From IMG/VR virus record IMGVR_UViG_3300017761_002715, positions 1 to 31,469 of that record: 31,469 bases of DNA; one strand, given 5' to 3'. The DNA is from a virus (Duplodnaviria; Caudoviricetes). Numbering within the stretch: position 1 is the stretch's first letter; every line of letters starts with the position of its first letter. The notes under the pieces were generated by a model that had not been told where the DNA came from, ran no database searches, and saw only the letters and a list, made by a program, of their open reading frames with translations. This document shows positions 26,622 through 31,469 of this stretch, one piece after another. The position numbers and the translations under genes were made by a program.

Positions 26622-26939
26622 ATGAATACATTACTACCATTTACACCTGATGCAGATGGACCCGGGGCTTATCTATATGCCGCATCTTCTCAGTCAACCT
26701 CTGCCTTGGAGTCCCTGCAAATGGCGGTAGAGATGGCATTTCAGTTGGTTTGGTATAATTCTGAATTTACACCAGAACAAATGGTTGCTGCAATGGGTAA
26801 CAAAGCTGCGGCAAACTTTGACCGTCACGCCACCACCGTGGTTTACTTACTCACAATGGGTGTGAAGATGAACCCAGAAAGATACACACCACCACGTGAA
26901 TACATTAAAAACGCTGATGGTACCATTACTTTAAAGTAA
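26622..26939 (+). CDS. Hypothetical protein, possibly a fibre assembly partner
   Basis: 105 aa, 8 nt after the adhesin gene; function inferred from position only. Confidence 0.6.
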   Translation: MNTLLPFTPDADGPGAYLYAASSQSTSALESLQMAVEMAFQLVWYNSEFTPEQMVAAMGNKAAANFDRHATTVVYLLTMGVKMNPERYTPPREYIKNADGTITLK

Positions 26940-26984
26940 TGTGAATGGTGGAGCATAACATCCCATTGACTTTATGACTATTAT

Positions 26985-26992
26985 CATAAATA
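26985..26992 (+). promoter_or_regulatory. T4-type late promoter motif CATAAATA
   Basis: 6 nt before the portal ATG 26999. Confidence 0.6.
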
Positions 26993-26998
26993 GTATTA

Positions 26999-28762
26999 AT
27001 GTCTAGTACAAAAGATAAAAGTTCAACATTTGGGAAGAGCATGATGGATTATGTCTCTCAAAAGTTGCCATATAATTCATTTCAGACAATTGATAAGGCC
27101 GCACACCATAACCCAAAATACAAGACATTTGAAGGCGCCGGTGTTCGCCGAGCTGAAGTCCTGGCAAAACACTCGGTTGCTCTTAATAATCAATACAACA
27201 ATTCACCACTTGCTGAATTACAGAGAGACCATTCTTTTCAACATATCCTCTACGCATCTATCAACCAAGATAAAGGTGCAAGACTACGTGATTATAGATC
27301 AATGGCTGCTTTCAGTGAAGTGGCAGATGCCTTGGATGAAATATGTGATGAGTTTATCAATCCAGATAATAATGGTGATGTATGTAAGCTTAAATTCCGA
27401 AACATTCAGTTTAACGAAGTCCAAAATTCTATTCTTCAAGAAGAGTTTACAAAGTTTGTTGACTACTTTGATTTTCAATCAAAAGGATGGCAATATGTTC
27501 GGCAATACTTAACTGAAGGGGAAATATTTTTCGAAAACATCATTCACAAAGATTATACCAATGAAGGTATTCTTGGCTTAGTAAACGTCCCGGGAGAGTT
27601 AATTGATCCAGTCTATAATAATCTTCAAAATCTTATTGTAAAGGGTTATCTGTATAGAAAACCTATTATGGATGAGAAAAATCCAAATAAGATTGAAAAA
27701 TTTGATTTTATCCCCCTTCAAGAAAATCAGTGCATCTATATCAATTCTGGTATATACGACGAATCAAAAACCTTTGTTCTTCCAATTCTAGAGAACGCTC
27801 GTCGACCTTATAGACAATTATCTCTGATAGAAGATAGTATTGTCATATATCGACTTGTGAGAGCACCTGAAAGATTAGTGTTCAACGTTGATGTCGGTAA
27901 TTTACCTCCACCAAAAGCTGAAGCACACTTGAGAAAGCTCATTCAGCAATATTGGTCATCAAAAACATTTGACTTGGATCAAAATGATGTTGTTCAAAAA
28001 TTCAATCCCCAATCAATGCTTGATGCATATTGGTTTACAAAACGTAATGGTCAGGGGACAGACGTTACAACGCTTCCCGGTGGTCAAAATTTAGGACAGC
28101 TCGATGACTTAATGTACTTTATTAAGAAGCTTTACAGGTCTCTAAAAATTCCAACAACGCGTTTGGACCCTCAAGATGCTTTCCGAGACGGTGGAGACAT
28201 TTTAAGAGAAGAACTTAAATTTGCCCGCTATGTCATTAGACATCAAGGTCGGTTTGCAAACGCTGTTAAGAAAGGTTTCATCACACACCTTAAGCTAAAA
28301 GGCATTTGGGAGAAGATGGAATTGACTGAACCAAATATTATTGTTGAGTTCAACCCACCGACAAACTTCTACGACCTCCGTGAAAATCAAAAGCTTGAAC
28401 TCAAGGCTCAAAACTATTCAAACTTAACTGCTGACCCAATGATTTCCAAGACCTTCGCTCAGAAGAAGTATCTTGGTTTCTCTGATTTGGATATTCTTGC
28501 CAACAGAGAATATATTAGAAAAGATGCAGAGTTTCAGTGGGAGATTCAACAGATTACATCTCTTGGACCGAATTGGCAAGAAGCGATGGTTTCTGGTGGG
28601 CAACCAGCTGATGGTGGTATGGATATGGGTGGAACTGCAGGGGGAGGAGCAGCACCACCAGCATTTGGTGGAGGAGGTGAAGTACCAGCAGATACAACTA
28701 CCACACCAGAAACTGGAGAAATACCACAAGAAACACCACCGGTTGATCAATCTCAGACATAA
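26999..28762 (+). CDS. Portal protein (T4 gp20-like)
   Basis: YRSMA..SEV..ALDEI, QL.LIEDSIVIYRLVRAPERLVFNVDVGNLP..KAE, MLDAYWF..R, VTTLPGGQNLG..DD..YF.KKLY.SL.IP.TRL, ILREELKF. Confidence 0.96.
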   Translation: MSSTKDKSSTFGKSMMDYVSQKLPYNSFQTIDKAAHHNPKYKTFEGAGVRRAEVLAKHSVALNNQYNNSPLAELQRDHSFQHILYASINQDKGARLRDYRSMAAFSEVADALDEICDEFINPDNNGDVCKLKFRNIQFNEVQNSILQEEFTKFVDYFDFQSKGWQYVRQYLTEGEIFFENIIHKDYTNEGILGLVNVPGELIDPVYNNLQNLIVKGYLYRKPIMDEKNPNKIEKFDFIPLQENQCIYINSGIYDESKTFVLPILENARRPYRQLSLIEDSIVIYRLVRAPERLVFNVDVGNLPPPKAEAHLRKLIQQYWSSKTFDLDQNDVVQKFNPQSMLDAYWFTKRNGQGTDVTTLPGGQNLGQLDDLMYFIKKLYRSLKIPTTRLDPQDAFRDGGDILREELKFARYVIRHQGRFANAVKKGFITHLKLKGIWEKMELTEPNIIVEFNPPTNFYDLRENQKLELKAQNYSNLTADPMISKTFAQKKYLGFSDLDILANREYIRKDAEFQWEIQQITSLGPNWQEAMVSGGQPADGGMDMGGTAGGGAAPPAFGGGGEVPADTTTTPETGEIPQETPPVDQSQT

Positions 28763-28767
28763 ATTAA

Positions 28768-28775
28768 AATAAATA
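28768..28775 (+). promoter_or_regulatory. T4-type late promoter motif AATAAATA
   Basis: 5 nt before ATG 28781. Confidence 0.55.
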
Positions 28776-28780
28776 GTAAT

Positions 28781-29017
28781 ATGATTATTCTAAATAATAA
28801 TTCCGTGAAGTTGTGCTGCAATGGTCAAAACTGCCCCGTTGTTGAAAATCTTGGAGACAACAAGTTCAAAATCACTGATGATCTCGGTGGGGTGGTAATT
28901 CTTTCAAAAGAAGAACTTGACATGATGGAAACAGCAAATAACCACTTCACCACACAACAGTTAAAAGTTGCTGAAAATAAAGTTTTTAGTCCTGGGGACT
29001 TACTAATCAATGGGTGA
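28781..29017 (+). CDS. Small Cys-motif protein (CCxxxxCP)
   Basis: VKLCCNGQNCPVV...ITDDLGG.V.L; late-promoter motif upstream. Confidence 0.7.
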   Translation: MIILNNNSVKLCCNGQNCPVVENLGDNKFKITDDLGGVVILSKEELDMMETANNHFTTQQLKVAENKVFSPGDLLING

Positions 29018-29339
29018 TTTATTTGCAATCTTATTAGGTTGTTTGGGTACAACCTGGATTATCAAATATGGTTCTATTCTTGAACCTATTAGAGAGAGAC
29101 TTTTTGAGTATAGCTTCTTTCAAAAATTAATGACCTGTGCAATGTGTTCGGGTTGGTGGGTTGGTTTATTCTGGCAATTCTTTATCGACAAACCACTTTG
29201 GTTTCATTTAATGATGCCATTTATCTCATCTGGATTTTGCTATGGTGTTGATAATGCTTTTAGCATGATGGTCAACTTCCCGGGTATCGTTCGATCTCTT
29301 AGAGATGAAACTTCTTCTGAAGTTCAGAAAGAACCATAA
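29010..29339 (+). CDS. DUF1360-like small membrane protein with CxxC
   Basis: Hydrophobic segments; ILEPIRE, LMTCAMCSGWWVG. Confidence 0.65.
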   Translation: MGDLFAILLGCLGTTWIIKYGSILEPIRERLFEYSFFQKLMTCAMCSGWWVGLFWQFFIDKPLWFHLMMPFISSGFCYGVDNAFSMMVNFPGIVRSLRDETSSEVQKEP

Positions 29340-29634
29340 CTGCATAATCCATCCCAAACATTGAAGCTTTGTGGATTTCTTCGTTAACGTATTCAGACAA
29401 CCGCGGTTTGGATACGTTCCCCTTTTTGGCTTCTTCTTCTGATTCAATAGGTTGAAGAGACATTGGTGCTTCTACATATGCTGGTTTATCTGGAGAAGTT
29501 GTTGGTACCGGTCTGGAATATGAATGGTTATCTTGTGTTGGAGACTTTTGCCCTATTGCTGACCTCGTAAACTCCGACGATTGACCAGTGTAAGCTTCGT
29601 AAATATTTTTCATGTCTCTTAGTGGATTACCCAT
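29299..29634 (-). CDS. Hypothetical protein with capsid-targeting-like N-terminus
   Basis: Start moved to ATG 29634 (MGNPLRDMKNIYEAY), 5 nt below a perfect TATAAATA. Confidence 0.7.
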   Translation of the reverse strand: MGNPLRDMKNIYEAYTGQSSEFTRSAIGQKSPTQDNHSYSRPVPTTSPDKPAYVEAPMSLQPIESEEEAKKGNVSKPRLSEYVNEEIHKASMFGMDYAVMVLSELQKKFHL

Positions 29635-29639
29635 ACCGT

Positions 29640-29647
29640 TATTTATA
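29640..29647 (-). promoter_or_regulatory. T4 late promoter consensus TATAAATA
   Basis: Exact match, 5 nt upstream of ATG 29634. Confidence 0.7.
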
Positions 29648-29656
29648 ACTATATGT

Positions 29657-30169
29657 ATGACTAGACTAAAATTTGTAAGTTGTTTAATAGGGGCATCCAT
29701 GCTCATCGGTTGTGGTACCATTCAAGACCCTGGTAATATTGATTCTGTTGCATTTTTGTTCCGAAGTGGGGCTCGAGTTACCACACAAAGGACCATTACA
29801 AACAATGTAAATACCATCCCATATTTTCAAGCAGCATCAACAGCAATTAAAGTCGCGGTAGATGTTGGTAAGATCAAACCAGAAGAAGTAAAGCAGCAAA
29901 TTGCAAATGTTCTTGGAGATAAGATTAATGACGAATTGTATCCATTCTTTGAAGTGGGTATTGAACTTATTATTGATACATACAAGAGATTCTATGAAGT
30001 TAACAACATTGGAGACAAGATTGACGACCGAGTCGTGGTTATTTTAACAGCAATTAGTGATGGGATGGATGAAGCAATTAAAAACGCTCTTGTCCGCGGA
30101 TTCTCAATTCAAGACGCTTTGGAACCAAATCCGTTTAAGAGGGTAACAGACGAAGATCTCAAGCTCTAA
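29657..30169 (+). CDS. Putative lipoprotein
   Basis: From ATG 29657: MTRLKFVSCLIGASMLIG-C (lipobox LIGC), helical mature region; TATAACTA 5 nt upstream. Confidence 0.7.
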   Translation: MTRLKFVSCLIGASMLIGCGTIQDPGNIDSVAFLFRSGARVTTQRTITNNVNTIPYFQAASTAIKVAVDVGKIKPEEVKQQIANVLGDKINDELYPFFEVGIELIIDTYKRFYEVNNIGDKIDDRVVVILTAISDGMDEAIKNALVRGFSIQDALEPNPFKRVTDEDLKL

Positions 30170-30186
30170 AATCAAAAAATTAAATT

Positions 30187-30223
30187 TTATACCTGATGGA
30201 TTTTTATGATTCATCAGGTATAA
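30187..30223. repeat. Perfect 12-bp inverted repeat TTATACCTGATG-N13-CATCAGGTATAA
   Basis: Arms at 30187-30198 and 30212-30223, followed by TTTT on the + strand. Confidence 0.85.
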
Positions 30224-30224
30224 T
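30197..30224 (+). promoter_or_regulatory. Sigma70-type promoter TGGATT-N16-TATAAT
   Basis: Consensus -10 ends 7 nt before ATG 30232. Confidence 0.55.
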
Positions 30225-30231
30225 TTTGTAT

Positions 30232-30783
30232 ATGGATGGTCTAATTAAGAGATATATTACCTGGGAGGAAGTACACCGGTATTGTAATGAACTAATTGAT
30301 GATATTATCAGGCAGAAGTGGAAGTTCAATTATATTATTGCAATCGGAAAAGGGGGTCTGGTTCCTGCAACTATAATTGGGAATCAACTTAAGCTTGATG
30401 TGGTTAATATGGGGTTAAGATCCTATACAGATGAACATCTCCAAGAAAACTTCCATTTATATCAAATGCCAATTAATCACTTAAATGATGAGAACTATGA
30501 GAACTATATGAACATATTAGTTGTTGATGATATTAACGATTCAGGTAGTACATTCCAATACGTATCTAAATATTTGTCCTGGCGCTCCGGGCCGTGTAGT
30601 GAATCTCCACCATACGTTCATTATTGGTCTCTTTTTCGACGCTACAATTCATCGTTTGGTGAACAAAGACAAAATAGGAAAGATTACCTTCCGGATGAGA
30701 TAGAACTTTATTCACAAGGTGAAGATATCTATGACAATTCATGGCTTGTAATGCCGTGGGAGAATAAGAAGTATGTCCGATAG
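30232..30783 (+). CDS. Purine (xanthine/guanine-type) phosphoribosyltransferase
   Basis: IIAIGKGGLVPA, PRPP loop ILVVDDINDSGST, WLVMPWE. ATG 30232 preferred because ATG 30196 overlaps the predicted promoter. Confidence 0.88.
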   Translation: MDGLIKRYITWEEVHRYCNELIDDIIRQKWKFNYIIAIGKGGLVPATIIGNQLKLDVVNMGLRSYTDEHLQENFHLYQMPINHLNDENYENYMNILVVDDINDSGSTFQYVSKYLSWRSGPCSESPPYVHYWSLFRRYNSSFGEQRQNRKDYLPDEIELYSQGEDIYDNSWLVMPWENKKYVR

Positions 30784-31135
30784 AAAATGTACATGTCCAA
30801 TTACTGGTCAGTCCCTGTTATTCGGAAAAGATTATTGGGACAAAAAGGTAAAAGAATTCGGATCTGAAGATAATTTACGTTCATTTTACGTAGCTCGAAA
30901 ATGTAAAACTCTTCTAGCTCGGGGATTTACAGTTACGGAAATAAGAAAGCTTCTGTCTATTGTAGACGACTCTCTTCCTAATGAAGCAGATCTAGCACAT
31001 ATATGTGAATATTACTCAAAAAAGAAGACTTCCCAAATGCGTCGATTTGAATCTTCCTTAAACTTTAACCAACAAACAACAGATGAAGATGTGAAAATCT
31101 TCTTAAATACAATCAGAAAACAAGGATATGAATAA
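30773..31135 (+). CDS. Hypothetical protein
   Basis: 120 aa, overlaps both neighbours; N-terminal CTCPITG. Confidence 0.7.
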   Translation: MSDRKCTCPITGQSLLFGKDYWDKKVKEFGSEDNLRSFYVARKCKTLLARGFTVTEIRKLLSIVDDSLPNEADLAHICEYYSKKKTSQMRRFESSLNFNQQTTDEDVKIFLNTIRKQGYE

Positions 31136-31376
31136 CCAATTTGAACGAAGAAAAAAATTTACTGTATCAACAGGACCAAACAACACAATTAAGTTATTTG
31201 ATGCCGAAACTGGGTCACTATACAGATCATTTCCAGCAGGTGGTCCATTGATCAATCAACCAATAGTAACAGAAACACAAGTGGTGTGTGAAGTTAAGGT
31301 AAATAACCAACCAATGATGCGTTATTTCTCTCTCCCCGGTGGTTCACTCGTAAAATCAATCCCTCTAAACAAGTAA
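31128..31376 (+). CDS. Hypothetical beta-rich protein (WD40-like blade)
   Basis: NTIKLFDAETGSLYRSF. Confidence 0.6.
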   Translation: MNNQFERRKKFTVSTGPNNTIKLFDAETGSLYRSFPAGGPLINQPIVTETQVVCEVKVNNQPMMRYFSLPGGSLVKSIPLNK

Positions 31377-31412
31377 TTTTAGCGTATAGGAAATATTCTA
31401 TAAATTATAGTA

Positions 31413-31469
31413 ATGAGAGTTTTAAAAAGAAACGGTAAAGAGGAAGTCTTTAACGACAAAAAGATTCAC
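31413..31469 (+). CDS. ATP-cone N-terminus, probably ribonucleotide reductase large subunit (3'-truncated)
   Basis: Not in the ORF track. Translates MRVLKRNGKEEVFNDKKIH (VxKRxGxxExFxxxKI ATP-cone signature). Confidence 0.75.
   Translation, partial: MRVLKRNGKEEVFNDKKIH

Noticed and set aside
26944-26967. Weak hairpin AATGG...CCATT before the portal promoter
   Set aside because: Short bulged stem without a clear U-tract; not enough to call a terminator.
818-29447. Numerous 60-150 aa alternative-frame and antisense ORFs in the track (e.g. 818-1192, 1830-2147, 27051-27512, 28424-28750)
   Set aside because: They are nested in well-supported genes and have no recognisable motifs or promoter signals; shadow ORFs.
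1-31469. Stop-codon reassignment, as in some large phages
   Set aside because: Genes are full length under the standard code, and TAA, TGA and TAG all end genes.
1-31469. CRISPR array, tRNA, intron/intein or transposase
   Set aside because: Intergenic gaps are under ~100 nt with no spaced repeats or cloverleaf, and the portal, helicase and Gmd genes show no insertions.

Overview
AT-rich, gene-dense fragment of a large T4-related (myovirus-type) dsDNA phage genome using the standard genetic code. Evidence: a gp20-like portal, gp15-like tail completion protein, gp62-like clamp-loader subunit, GroES-like co-chaperonin and repeated T4-type late promoter motifs (TAAATA). Left to right: (1) a minus-strand block, 375-8981, with a DUF1549/DUF1553 + DUF1501 pair typical of Planctomycetes/Verrucomicrobia, plus a run of proteins whose N-termini resemble T4 capsid-targeting leaders (PD-(D/E)xK nuclease-like, ligase-like, HIGH nucleotidyltransferase, retropepsin-like protease); (2) a ~10.6 kb glycosylation island, 9015-19634; (3) DUF366, clamp loader, GroES, WYL-like and DinG genes; (4) gp15, a fibre/adhesin cassette and the portal; (5) small membrane and lipoprotein genes, a purine PRTase and the start of an ATP-cone gene. 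Both late and sigma70-type promoter motifs sit mostly 4-7 nt from start codons, suggesting largely leaderless mRNAs. I saw no tRNA, rRNA, CRISPR array or transposase. All family calls come from motif recognition by eye, not database searches.
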